DNA of 64,000 bases from the NCBI GenBank assembly GCA_963793305.1, contig CAWBZV010000011.1:77511-141510 (forward strand), in the 5' to 3' direction. Numbering within the stretch: the stretch's first letter is position 1; the number at the start of each line of letters is the position of its first letter. Positions 9,543 through 21,296 of the stretch are shown here, one piece after another. The notes beneath the pieces are model-generated. The model was not told where the DNA came from and searched no databases. It saw only the letters and a program-made list of their open reading frames with translations. This DNA is from an uncultured Gemmatimonadales bacterium. GTDB lineage: Bacteria; Gemmatimonadota; Gemmatimonadetes; Gemmatimonadales; Gemmatimonadaceae. A program made the position numbers and the translations under genes.

Positions 9543-12034
9543 ATGAACGGCTACAACTTCACTGAACGGGTCCGGAAGGTCCTCGCAGATGGCGCGAGAG
9601 GAAGCGGCCCGGTTGCACCACGAATACGTGGGGACCGAGCACATTCTGCTCGGCCTGATCCGCGAGGGTGAAGGGGTCGCTGCCGCGGTGCTTACAAAAC
9701 CTGAGCGTCGATCTCGACGAGATCCAACAGAAGATCGAGGAGACGGTCAAGAAGGGAAAGGCGGCGCAAGCCACCGGTCCCGACCTCCCCTATACATCGC
9801 GGGCGAAAAAGGTTCTCGAGCTCGCGATGAGCGAGGCGCGGGAGCTCAATCACTCGTACGTCGGCACCGAGCACCTGCTGCTTGGGCTGGTCCGCGAGGA
9901 GAAGGGGATCGCCGCGCAGGTCCTGACCGACGCGGGTGTCAACCTCGAAGCGGCTCGGAGCGAGACGCTGCGACTGCTCGGCACTGAGATGCCACAGGGC
10001 GGCGCCACGACGGCGCAGCCGGGAGCGGCGCCGCAGGCGACGCAGCCCAAGGGCGAGAAGAAGTCGAAGACGCCGGCGCTCGACCACTTCTGCCGCGATC
10101 TGACGCAGCTCGCGGCCGAGGGACAGCTCGACCCGACCATCGGGCGCGCGAAGGAGATCGAGCGCGTCATGGAAGTGCTGACGCGCCGCAAGAAGAACAA
10201 TCCTGTGCTCATCGGCGAGCCGGGCGTCGGCAAGACGGCCATTGTCGAGGGGCTGGCTCAGCTCATCGCCAACAGCGAGTGCCCGGAATCCCTCCGCGAC
10301 AACCGTGTCCTATCACTGGACATGGCCGCGGTGATCGCCGGCACCAAGTATCGCGGTCAGTTCGAAGAGCGGCTCAAGGCCGTCATGAACGAGATCGCGC
10401 AGAACAAAAATATTATTCTCTTCATCGACGAGCTTCACACTCTCGTCGGCGCTGGCGCCGCCGAGGGTGCGATTGACGCGAGCAATATGCTCAAGCCTGC
10501 CCTTGCCCGAGGCGAGCTGCAATGCGTCGGGGCGTCGACGTTGAACGAGTACCGGAAATACATCGAAAAAGATGGGGCGCTGGAGAGGAGATTCCAGACG
10601 GTTATCGTGGATCCGCCGACGGTCGAGGAGACGGTCGAGATCCTCAAGGGTCTCCGGAAGAAGTACGAGGACCATCACCGGGTCACGATCCCCGATACGA
10701 CGCTTGTCGCGGCCTCGAAGCTGTCCGAGCGCTACATCACGGACCGGTTCCTCCCCGACAAGGCGATCGACGTGATCGACGAGGCCGGCGCGCGGGCGAG
10801 GCTCGCGGCGCAAGTGCCGCCGCCGGAAGTGGCCGAGTTGAAGGCGAAATTGGATGCCAATATCGCCGAGAAAGAGGCCGCGGTTCGGGATCAGAATTTC
10901 GAGAAGGCCGCCGCGCTCCGTGATAAAGAGCGCGAGCTGCAGGCCGAGATTCGGCGCAAGCAGGAAGAGTGGGAGAAGCGGCGCCAGTCGCATCGCCCGG
11001 TCCTCGGCGAGGAAGAGATCTCGTTCATCGTCAGCCGGTGGACGGGGATTCCGGTGACGCGCCTTCAGGAGGCCGAGACCACCCGGTTGCTCCGGATGGA
11101 GGAGGAGCTGCACGGGTCAGTCGTGGCGCAGGAAGAGGCGATCCGGGCGCTGGCGCGGTCGATTCGCCGGTCGCGGGCGGGGCTCAAGGACCCCAATCGT
11201 CCTATCGGTTCGTTCATCTTCTGCGGACCGACCGGCGTCGGAAAGACTGAGCTGGCGCGGTCGTTGGCCAGGTTCCTCTTTGCCGACTCCGCGGCGCTCA
11301 TTCGTGTGGACATGAGCGAGTATATGGAGAAGTTCTCCGTGTCCCGGTTGATCGGGGCGCCTCCGGGGTACGTCGGGTACGAAGATTCCGGGACGCTGAC
11401 CAAGGCCGTTCGCCGCAAGCCCTACAGCGTGGTGTTGCTCGATGAGATCGAGAAGGCGCACCCCGACGTGTTCAACATCCTGCTGCAGGTGCTCGACGAA
11501 GGGCACCTGACCGACAACTATGGTCGTGTGATCGATTTCAAGAACACCGTCGTGATCATGACCTCGAACGTCGGCGCCAAGGATATCACCAAGGGGAAGT
11601 CACTCGGCTTCGCCGCGGTCGACCAAAAGTCGACATTCGATCGGATCGCCGAGAAGGTGAAAGAGGAGTTGAACCACGTGTTCAACCCCGAGTTCTTGAA
11701 CCGGCTCGACGATGTCATCGTGTTCCACCCGCTGACCAGAGAGAACATCGGCGAGATCGTCGGCATTCTCCTCAAGGACGTGCAGAAGCGGTTGTCGGAG
11801 GAGGAGCTCACGCTCCGCCTGACCCAAGCTGGCTCCGACTTCCTGGTCAAGCACGGGTACGACGAGAACTTCGGCGCGAGGCCATTGAAGCGCGCGATCC
11901 AGCGCTTCATCGAGGATCCGCTCTCGGAGAAGATCCTCATGGCCGAGTTCGCGAAAGGCGACGAGATCGAGGTCGACGCCTCGGCTGACGGCACGAAGCT
12001 CGAGTTCCGCGTGGCGACGCCCGCCAAGGCGTAG
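9543..12034 (+). CDS. clpC: ATP-dependent Clp protease ATPase ClpC (apparent frameshifts ~9588 and ~9693)
   Basis: Clp-N repeats ([11 protein letters not shown]), two Walker A motifs ([16 protein letters not shown]), UVR linker. Confidence 0.95.
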
Positions 12035-12055
12035 CTGACATCGGTTCTGAGTTAG

Positions 12056-12091
12056 AAAAAGGGGGGCACGCCTGACGGCGGCCCCCTTTTT
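12056..12091. terminator. Bidirectional intrinsic terminator after clpC
   Basis: AAAAAGGGGGGCACGCC-TGAC-GGCGGCCCCCTTTTT. Confidence 0.85.
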
Positions 12092-12277
12092 CGTGCTAGC
12101 CACTTAGGTCTTAGTCGCCCGGAAGTCCAGCGAGCTGGCGCCGCTTTTGTTCGTCCAGGCCACTCCGTTCGCCGTGACTGCTCGCCGAGGTCGACGCCGC
12201 TCGGCCGTCCAAGGGCCCGACGGGGCCCGTGCTTTCAACCAAAGTATCTGGCAGGGGACCGACAGGGCCCCTGCCTA

Positions 12278-12379
12278 ATAACGCGTGGGCGAGAATATAC
12301 CTCGGGAGCGGCCGCGAGAAACCCGAGTCCGGAGGGGACCTTACGGCCGCTCCCGTGTATATTCTCGCCCATGCGTTAT
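12278..12379. repeat. ~36-bp inverted repeat whose right arm covers the bamA start codon
   Basis: ATAACGCGTGGGCGAGAATATACCTCGGGAGCGGCCG (12278-12314) vs reverse complement of 12344-12379, ATAACGCATGGGCGAGAATATACACGGGAGCGGCCG. Confidence 0.9.
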
Positions 12380-14789
12380 CTGTATGGCGTTCTGCTCGCC
12401 GCATTGGCGGGTGGACGCGTCTTTGCGCAGGAAGGCGGCGGGCGCTGTTCTAAGCCCGACTCGATCGTCGTGACCGGGAATTCCCGGGTCGACGAGCCGA
12501 CGATCCGGGCGTCGATGGGCATCCTGGCGGGCGCGCCGCTCAACGCTCGGCAACTCCAAGAAGGCGTCAAGGCACTTTTCGGCACCGGCCAGTTCGACGA
12601 CGTGCAAATCTCATGCACGGTCGCGTCGAACAACAAAACGGTGCTTGCCGTCACCGTCAAAGAGCGCCAAGTCCTCGGCAACGTGACGGTGGTCGGCCCT
12701 CAGCGCGTGAGCAAGAAGACCGTTCGCGACAAGATCGACCTCGGAGCAGGCAAGCCGATCGATCCAGGCCTGGTCTCCAAGGCCATCACGCGCATCGATT
12801 CGCTGTACGAGTCGAGCGGCTATTATCTGGCGAGGGTCACGGTCGACACGTCGACCGGCAAGAACAACGCGATCGACCTCACGTTCCGGGTCGACGAAGG
12901 ACACCGGCTGGCGGTCTCCGGTATCGCCGTGCACGGCGCCACCAAGCTCACGCCGACTGAGGTCGTGGCCGCGATGAAGACGAAGCCCGAGGGGTTTCTC
13001 TTCTGGCGCAAGGGCGAGTTCGACGAGGACGCGTTCGCCGCGGACCTGGCGGAGCGGATCCCCGATCATTACGCGAGCGAAGGGTACATCGATTTGCAGG
13101 TCGTGCGCGACACGGTCATCGTCGACCGCGCGCGCGGGAAAGCCCTGATCGATGTGACCGTGAATGAGGGCAAGCAGTATCACGTCGGCTCGTTCGACGT
13201 CATCGGCAATCGGCGGTTCTCGTCTGATGAGATCGCCCGCTATTACCCGTTCCGCCGCACCGGCCCGACCTTCACGCAGAGCTTGGCCCATGTCTTCCTG
13301 GGCCGCAAGAACGTGGCGAGCGACGTGTTCAATCGCGCGCGGTGGGACGACGCGACGACGAAGCTCCGCACGGCGTACAGCAACGAAGGGTACATCTACG
13401 CATTCGATTCGGCCCGTCGCCGACCGCAGCGTGGGCAAGGATTCGCAGCCGGTCGTCAATCTGCAGTGGCTCATCGAGGAGAAGTCGCCCGCGATCGTGA
13501 ACCGCATCGAGATCGTCGGCAACGACTACACGACCGAAGGGTGCATCCGGGACGCGCTCACGATCATTCCCGGCGGCATTTTCAGCCAGGCCAACCTGAT
13601 TCGCAGCTATCAGAGCCTCGGCAACCTCGGGTTCTTCGAGACGCCGATCCCGCCACCGGATACCCGGCCCTCGGGCGACCAGGGCGACGTTGATCTCATT
13701 TTCCACGTCAAGGAAAAGCGGACCGGGAACGTCAACTTCGGCGCGTCGACCGGCCAGGGCACGGGCGTGGGCGGGTTCATCGGATTGGATCAGCCGAACC
13801 TGTTCGGCGAGTGCAAAAAGGGGTCGATCCAGTGGCAGTTCGGCCGGTACATCAACAACCTGACCGCCACGTACACGGATCCTCAGCTCTTTGGGCCGAG
13901 AATCTCGGGTCAGTTCACGGCCTATCACTCGCAGTCGCGGTACACGATCGGTGCGCTGGGCGAGTCGATCACCACCGGCGGCAATATCCAGCTCGGCTTC
14001 CCGATACCGGGGACGTATGCCGCGCGGCTGTTCGCCTCGTATGGCTTGGAATCCATTCGCTATACCGGCGATACGACGTTGCTCCTCGGCGCCATCTCGA
14101 ACGAATGCCACGGCTGTATCCGCTCGGTCATCAGCTTCTCGTACAGCCACGATACGCGCGTCGACATGCCGTTCGCCTCGTCCGGCGGTGAGCAGACCAT
14201 CACGCTGGACCTGGACGGCGGCCCGCTGGGCGGGACGGCACACTATCAGCGCGTCGTCGCGGAGCTCAGAGGGTACTCGACGCTGGCGGCGTTCGGGGCC
14301 GACGAGCTCGGGACCTCGCCGATCAAGATCGTCCTCGGCGAGAAGATCCGGCTGGGGAACGTGTTCGGCTCGACCGGTCCGTTCTTCTACAGCCAGGCCT
14401 TCGCGCTGGGCGGCGTGCAGTACGGCGAAATGCTCCGCGGGTACCCGGAGTTCTCGATTACCCCGGCGGGGTACCTGACCGGAACCAGCACGTTCAACGC
14501 GACGCCGACATCATTTGGTAATACGGTGTTGACGACCACGACCGAAATGGGCTTACGGTTGAACTCGTCGATCTACCTCGATTTATTTTTAGATGCCGGC
14601 AACCTGTGGCAAGGCCCACGGGAATTCGACCCGACACGGTTGTACAAGGGCGCCGGCATTGGAATCTCGGTCGTTACCCCTCTCGGGCCGCTGGGGCTCG
14701 ACGAGGCCTATGGGTTCGACAAGCTCGATGCGCAGGGCCGGCCGGCACCAGGCTGGCAGACACATTTCAGACTGGGCAACATTTTCTAA
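12371..14789 (+). CDS. bamA: Outer membrane protein assembly factor BamA (apparent frameshift ~13403)
   Basis: Signal peptide, POTRA repeats, beta-barrel with MLRGY, TPLGPLGLD, terminal Phe. Confidence 0.92.
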
Positions 14790-14802
14790 CCTCGGAGTAT
14801 TC

Positions 14803-15441
14803 ATGCGAACTCTTACCGGCGGCGCGATTGGGCTCGCTGCCTGTTTCGTACTTCTGGCTGTCCCGGCGGCGCAGGCACAATCGACCCGGATCGCCTTCGT
14901 CGATGGACAGCGGATCTTTGGGTCCGTTCCCGGCCGCACTGAGGCCGAGGCGCAGTTCAATAAGGAAATGGACAGCGTCCGCTCCCGGGAGAAGGTGATG
15001 AGCGACTCGATGGCCGCTCTCATCGCCGATTACAGCAAGAACGAAGCGACCTTGAGCGCCGCGGACAAGACGACGAGACAGCAGTCGATCCGCGACAAGC
15101 AGGCGGCCTTCCAGCAGCAGCAACAGCAGCTGGAGGCGAAGGCGCAGGAGCGGCAGAACGAGCTCGTGCGGCCGATTCTCGACCGGATTCACCGGGTCAT
15201 CGACGACCTGCGGTCCGAGAACGGGTACACGTTGATCGTCGACGTTTCGCCTAACGCCGGCGGATCGGTCGTATCCTATGACAAGAATCTCGACGTCACC
15301 GACCAGGTGATCCGGAAGCTCCAGTCGATGCCGGTCGCGACCGGCGGCGGCGCCAGCTCCGGCGGATCGCCCAAGCCGGCGGCCGGTGCGCGTCCTACTC
15401 CATCCGGCGTTACGCAGCCAAAGTCGCCGCCGACGAACTGA
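14803..15441 (+). CDS. skp: OmpH/Skp periplasmic chaperone
   Basis: Signal peptide, RIAFVD, coiled coil, LDVTDQVI; between bamA and lpxD. Confidence 0.88.
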   Translation: MRTLTGGAIGLAACFVLLAVPAAQAQSTRIAFVDGQRIFGSVPGRTEAEAQFNKEMDSVRSREKVMSDSMAALIADYSKNEATLSAADKTTRQQSIRDKQAAFQQQQQQLEAKAQERQNELVRPILDRIHRVIDDLRSENGYTLIVDVSPNAGGSVVSYDKNLDVTDQVIRKLQSMPVATGGGASSGGSPKPAAGARPTPSGVTQPKSPPTN

Positions 15442-15451
15442 CCGGGCGGTG

Positions 15452-16467
15452 ATGACAGCAGCGGAGATCGCGGCCGTCGTCGGGGGCACGCTGGTGGGCG
15501 CTCCCGATACGACGGTCGGCGGTATCGCACCGCTCGAACGCGCGACCGGATCGGACGTCAGCTTCTTCGCCAACTCGAAATACAGCGCCCAGTTCTCACG
15601 CTCTGGCGCTGGCGTCACGCTCGTGGCTCCCGACCTCGCCACGCTTCCAGGGCCGGCCGTCCGCGTGCTCGTCAAGAGTCCGCATGACGCCATGCTGACG
15701 TTGATTCCTCGGTTCTACGTTGCTCCCCAACGCGAGCCAGGGGTTGATCCCACCGCGCGCATTGGTCACGGGGTACGATTCGCCGCCGGACGTCACGATA
15801 GATCCGTATGCTGTCATCGGCGACGGGGCTGTGTTGGCGCCCGGCGTGTGGATCGGGTCCCATTGCGTCGTAGGCGCGGGTGTGGAAATCGGAGAGAACA
15901 GCCGGCTGTACCCGCGCGTGACTCTGTATAGTGGGTCGCGACTCGGGAAACGTGTTGCCGTGCATAGTGGGACGGTGATTGGCAGTGATGGGTTTGGGTA
16001 TGTGTACCGGGAAGGAGAGCACGCCAAGATCCCGCATGTTGGACGATGCCTTATCGAGGACGATGTCGAGATCGGCGCCAATACCGCCATCGATCGGGGC
16101 AGCATCGACGACACCGTCATTGGAGCCGGCACCAAGATCGACAATCTCGTTCACATTCTCGCATAACGTCCGCGTGGGCAGGCTGTGTCTCCTGCTTGGA
16201 CAGTCGGGGATCGGCGGGTCGACCCGACTTGGGGACGGATGCGTGATGGCCGGGCAGTCGGCTATCGTCGGCCATATGACGATGGGTGACGGCGCCCGAT
16301 TGGGGGGGCAGGCCGGGGCTATGGGGAGTCTCGAAGGGGGCCAGACGTACTCGGGATATCCGGCGAGACCCCACCTGGAGAGTCTCAGGGCATACGCCGC
16401 CATGCACCAACTGCCTAAGTACATGAAGCTGCTGGAGAAGCTCGCGGCGCAGGAGACGAAACCCTGA
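15452..16467 (+). CDS. lpxD: UDP-3-O-acylglucosamine N-acyltransferase (apparent frameshifts ~15780 and ~16157)
   Basis: [28 protein letters not shown], hexapeptide repeats. Confidence 0.92.
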
Positions 16468-17739
16468 GCGACCGGCGGCGGACGATCAAGCGCGCGGTTT
16501 CGCTCGAGGGCGTCGGCCTGCACCTCGGCCTCCCGTCGAGACTGACGTTTCGGCCGGCCGAGGACAAGATCGGGGTGGTATTCAGGCGCGTGGACTTGCC
16601 GGGCGCGCCGACGATCCCCGCGCGCATCGAGCACGCCGAGCTGACCGAGCGGCGCACGCAGCTCGGCAAGAATGGCGTCGAGCTCCATACCGTGGAGCAC
16701 GTGCTCGCGGCCGTGGCGGCCGCGGTGATCGACGATCTCTGGATCGACGTCGATGGCCCGGAGCCTCCGGTCATGGACGGCAGCGCCGCGCCCTTCTTCG
16801 CTGCGCTCCACGAGGCGGGGGTAGCGGTAAAGACCACTGCCGCCGACTATTTAGAGCTAGCCGAGCCGGTGCGAGTGATCGACGGGGAGTCTGTCTACGA
16901 AGCGCACCCGTCGTCCGACCTCCGACTCGAGGTCACGATCGATTTTCCGCACCCGGTCATCGGGCGTCAGTCGGGCGCGTACGCGATTACACCGGAGGCG
17001 TTCGGCCGCGAGCTCGCGGCGGCGCGAACGTTCGGGTTCGTGGACGAAGTCGACGCATTGCGGGCGAAGGGATTGATCAAGGGCGCATCCATGGCCAACG
17101 CCGTGGTCCTCGACGCTGAGCGCGTGGTGAGCGGGGACTTACGGTGGCCGGACGAGTTCGTGCGGCACAAGGCCATGGACTGCGTGGGCGATCTCGCGCT
17201 CGCCGGCCGGCGCGTGCGGGCGCGGGTGATCGCCACGAAGCCGAGTCATTGAGGAACCGTCACTCTGGTACGGGAGCTAGTGCGCGTGGCAGAAACAAAG
17301 AAAACGATACCGATCGAAGAGATCATGAAGGTGCTGGCTCATAGGTACCCGTTTCTCTTGGTGGACCGTATTCCTCGAAATAGAGGACGGGAAGCGGGTG
17401 GTCGGGATCAAGAACGTCACGATCAACGAGCCGTTCTTTCAGGGGCATTTCCCGGGACATCCCATTATGCCCGGGGTGTTGATCATCGAGGCCATGGCTC
17501 AGACGGGCGGCATGTTGCTCATGGGCATGGTCGGCGAACCGTATGATCGTAAAGTGGTCTATTTTATCTCGCTCGATAACGTCAAGTGGCGTCGCCCCGT
17601 CAAACCTGGTGACCAACTGCGTATGGAGCTGGAGATGGTCCAAATCCGTGGGCCGGTGTGCAAGATGCGAGGGGTCGCACGCGTCGATGGGGACGTGGTC
17701 GCCGAAGCAGACATGGCGGCCATGGTTCGCGACGCATGA
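16464..17739 (+). CDS. lpxC/fabZ: Bifunctional LpxC-FabZ (in-frame TGA at 17250-17252; frameshift ~17372; start codon uncertain)
   Basis: GVGLHLG, TVEHVLAA, MDGSA, ARTFGF, RHKAMD (LpxC); HRYPFLLVDRI, EPFFQGHFP..MPGVLIIEAMAQ (FabZ). Confidence 0.9.
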
Positions 17740-18533
17740 CCGCCGTGTCGTCGGAGCGAACCGTGATCCACCCGACCGCGATCGTGCATGACGATGCGCG
17801 CATCGGCGAGGGCGTCACGATCGGGCCCTATGCGATCGTCGGCGAGCAGTGCGTGATCGGCGATGGGTGCACGCTCGCCCCGCGAGCCGTGCTCGAAAAG
17901 AACGTCACGCTGGCCGCGGGCGTCAAAGTGGGGATCGGGTCGATCCTCGGCGGCGATCCTCAGGATCTCAAGTTCGGTGGGGAAAAGACCTTCGTCGAGA
18001 TTGGTGAGAACACCACGATTCGGGAATATTCGACCATCAATCGTGGGACGGCGCAGTCTGGCAAGACGAGCGTGGGATCCGGATGCCTCATCATGTCGTA
18101 CGTGCACCTGGCGCACGATTGCCACGTGGGCAATGGGGTCATCATCGCCAACGGGACGCAGTTCGCCGGGCATGTGACGGTCGAGGACAAGGCGGCGGTG
18201 TCTGGGCTGTGTACGGTGCACCAGTTCGCGCGCATCGGGCGGCATGCATATATCGGAGGCGCATCGCGGGTGCCGCAGGATGTCCCGCCATTCGTGCTCG
18301 CCGTGGGGAATCCGATGCGGCTCTCGGGCCTCAATACCGTCGGGCTCCGGAGGGCGAATTTTCCAGATGAGACCATGCGGGAGCTCAAGCGCGCGTATCG
18401 GCTGCTCTTCCGGTCTGATCTCAACATGTCGCAGGCGTTGGAGAAGGCCGAGGCCGAGCTCGAGCCGCTGCCGGAGGTGGTCGAGTTTCTGTCGTTCATG
18501 CGCGCGTCGAGTCAGCGCGGCATTACGTCGTGA
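17736..18533 (+). CDS. lpxA: Acyl-ACP--UDP-GlcNAc O-acyltransferase
   Basis: IHPTAIV, PQDLKF, IREYSTINRGT, HLAHDC, VHQFARIG. Confidence 0.96.
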   Translation: MTAVSSERTVIHPTAIVHDDARIGEGVTIGPYAIVGEQCVIGDGCTLAPRAVLEKNVTLAAGVKVGIGSILGGDPQDLKFGGEKTFVEIGENTTIREYSTINRGTAQSGKTSVGSGCLIMSYVHLAHDCHVGNGVIIANGTQFAGHVTVEDKAAVSGLCTVHQFARIGRHAYIGGASRVPQDVPPFVLAVGNPMRLSGLNTVGLRRANFPDETMRELKRAYRLLFRSDLNMSQALEKAEAELEPLPEVVEFLSFMRASSQRGITS

Positions 18534-19513
18534 CGCTGCCGCGCATCGGAGTCGTTGGAGCAGGCGCCCTCGGATATCATCACGTTCGGATTCTCAAGGA
18601 TCTCGACGGGATCGAGTTCGTAGGGTTTTACGACATCGACACTGAGCGGTCCGCTCAGATAACCAAAGAGCTCGGTGTTCAGGCATTCTCGTCGGTGACG
18701 GGCCTGATCGACGCTGCGGATGCCCTGACCATCGTCGTCCCGACTCCAGCCCACTTCGAGGTCGCTCGCGCGGCCCTTTCGCGTGGGCGCCATCTGCTCA
18801 TCGAAAAGCCGCTCACGACAACGGTCGAAGAAGCCGACGAGCTCTTGGACCTGGCTCGCTCGGCCGGTGCGTTGATTCAGACCGGGCACGTGGAGCGATT
18901 CAATCGGGCCATCCGCGCGGCATTGCCGTATGTGAATGATCCGCGATTCGTCGAGAGCAATCGGCTGGCTCCTTTCAATCCCCGCGGATCGGACGTGGCG
19001 GTCGTGCTGGATCTCATGATCCATGACATCGATCTCATCGCGACGCTGGTGCGCGGCAAAGTCGAGGATATCGCGGCGGTCGGGGTGCCGTTACTGACAT
19101 CGTCCGTTGATATCGCCAATGCCCGGCTCACCTTCTCGACCGGGGCGGTCGCCAACATCACCGCCAGCAGGGTGTCGAAGGAGAAGCTGCGCAAATTGAG
19201 AATTTTTCAACCCAACGGCTATTTCTCGCTCGACCTCGGCACGGGCGCCGGAGTGTTCTATCGCCTGCGAAAGGACGTCGACTTGTCGAGCCTCGCGACC
19301 GCGCCACAGGCGATCGAGCAATTCGTCGAATGGGTCCCGCTGTCCGCGCCCGAGGCCGAGCCGCTCAAGCTCGAGCTCGAGAGCTTTGTCGGCGCGGTGC
19401 GGGGCGAGCAGCCCGTACCGGTGAGCGGCGAGGACGGGAGGGATGCATTGGCGATCGCGCTCAGGATCGTGCGTGAGATCGAGCGCACGCTCCCGGCGCT
19501 GACCCGTGCGTGA
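18530..19513 (+). CDS. Gfo/Idh/MocA oxidoreductase (GnnA-like position in lpx cluster)
   Basis: GAGALG, EKP, GHVERFN, DLMIHDID. Confidence 0.85.
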   Translation: MTLPRIGVVGAGALGYHHVRILKDLDGIEFVGFYDIDTERSAQITKELGVQAFSSVTGLIDAADALTIVVPTPAHFEVARAALSRGRHLLIEKPLTTTVEEADELLDLARSAGALIQTGHVERFNRAIRAALPYVNDPRFVESNRLAPFNPRGSDVAVVLDLMIHDIDLIATLVRGKVEDIAAVGVPLLTSSVDIANARLTFSTGAVANITASRVSKEKLRKLRIFQPNGYFSLDLGTGAGVFYRLRKDVDLSSLATAPQAIEQFVEWVPLSAPEAEPLKLELESFVGAVRGEQPVPVSGEDGRDALAIALRIVREIERTLPALTRA

Positions 19514-20619
19514 GGTTCTCTTTTCGGCCGGCGAGACGTTCGGGCGATCTCAACGCCGCGCCCGTCGCCGCCACGCTGGCGCGACTACGACCCGATCTGC
19601 ATCTCGTCGGCCTCGGGGGCAGTCGCATGCGCGAGGCCGGCGTCGAGTTGATCGAGGATACCGTTTCGCGCGCGGTCATGGGGTTCGCCGAGATCGTTCG
19701 CTATTTGCCGCAGCACCTGGTACGTCTCCGTCAGCTCGACGCGCGACTGGCGACGGGTCGTGTGGCGCTCGTGGTCTGCGTTGACTACGGCGGATTTAAT
19801 TTGCGCCTCGCTTCGCTCGCCGCGAAAAGAAAAAGTCCCGTTCTGTATTTCATCACGCCGCAAGTGTGGGCTTCCCGGGCGGGTCGCATGCGGAGCATGG
19901 CGCGAACGGTGACCAAGGCAGCCGTGATACTCCCGTTCGAAGAGAAATTGCTGCGTGATCATGGGATCGACGCGACGTTCGTGGGCCACCCGATGCTGGA
20001 CCGCGCGACTGATCTGCCGGACCGCGTGATGGCGAGGGCGACCCTCGGCCTCGACGTCAATGCGCCGGTCCTGGCGCTATTCCCAGGCAGCCGCGCGCAG
20101 GAGGTCGAGCACCTACTCGATCCGTTCGTGGGCGCCGCGCGCGAAGCACAGCGGCGCGTTCCTGGCTTGCAAGTCATCGTGACCCACGCGCCAAACGTGA
20201 CGATCGACCCGGCACGCTGCCCGTACCCGGTGGTGCGCGCCCCGTCCATGACGGTGCTGCGCGCGGCGACCGCGGTGCTGTGCAAGAGCGGCACGACAAC
20301 GCTGGAAGCGGCGGTCACGGGATGTCCGCTCGTGATCGCGTATCGTACCAGCGCGCTGACGTATCAGATCGCGCGACGCCTCGTGACGATCCCCTACATC
20401 GGAATGGTGAACGTCGTCGCGGGACGCGGGATCGCGCCGGAGTTCATCCAGAATGCCGTGCGGCCGGCCGCCATGGCCGACGCGCTCATCCCGCTGCTGG
20501 AGGAAGGAAGCGCGGTGAGGGCGACCGAAGTGGCCGAGTTGGCGAAGGTGCGCGCGGCACTGGGGACGCCTGGCGCGGCGGAGCGGGTGGCCGAGATGGC
20601 GAGTAGGCTGGCCGGGTGA
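19506..20619 (+). CDS. lpxB: Lipid-A-disaccharide synthase (apparent frameshift ~19538)
   Basis: AGE.SGDL, PQVWA, ILPFE, FVGHP, PGSR, SGTTTLE. Confidence 0.93.
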
Positions 20620-21296
20620 CCGACCGGACAGCAAGCGGCACGCGCCTTCGCTGGCGCGATCACCTCATCGTCGTCCTCGGCGTGGTCGTCATACGCGTGC
20701 TCGCCTGGACCTGGCGCATCAGGCGATCCGGCGGAGAGGAAGTCGCGAATCGCATCGAGCGCGGGGTGCCGCATCTGTACGCGTTCTGGCACGGGCATAT
20801 GCTGCCGATGCTCGTCGAGCACGAGGGCGAGCGACCGGCGGCGGTGCTGGTGAGCTCGCACCGGGATGGAGAGATCATTACGCGAGTGGCGCGGGCGTTC
20901 GGGTACGAAGCGATCAGAGGGTCAACCTCGCGCGATGCGCCCGGCGCGCTGCGGGCGATCGTGCGAACGCTGCGCGGTGGCGTCACGGTTGCGGTTACGC
21001 CCGATGGGCCGCGTGGGCCCGCGCACGAGTTTTCGCCGGGGCCGGCGATCGCGTCGTTCGAAACTGATATACCTATCATTCTGGCAGCCGTGGCGGTGGA
21101 TCGGGCGTGGTACCTGCGTACTTGGGATCGGTTCATGATCCCCAAGCCCTTTGCGCGGATCGTCGTTCAATACCAACCCTCGATCGCCGTCCCCGGTCCC
21201 ACCGCGCGCGACGCGGCGGCATTCGCACCGACGCTCGGCGCGATCCTCAACGAGCTCGATGCACGGGCGCGCGATGTGGCTCTGGCAAAGCGATAG
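20616..21296 (+). CDS. DUF374 lysophospholipid-acyltransferase family protein
   Basis: FWHG, SSHRDGE, IRGSTSR, TPDGPRGP, WDRFMIPKPF. Confidence 0.85.
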   Translation: MTDRTASGTRLRWRDHLIVVLGVVVIRVLAWTWRIRRSGGEEVANRIERGVPHLYAFWHGHMLPMLVEHEGERPAAVLVSSHRDGEIITRVARAFGYEAIRGSTSRDAPGALRAIVRTLRGGVTVAVTPDGPRGPAHEFSPGPAIASFETDIPIILAAVAVDRAWYLRTWDRFMIPKPFARIVVQYQPSIAVPGPTARDAAAFAPTLGAILNELDARARDVALAKR

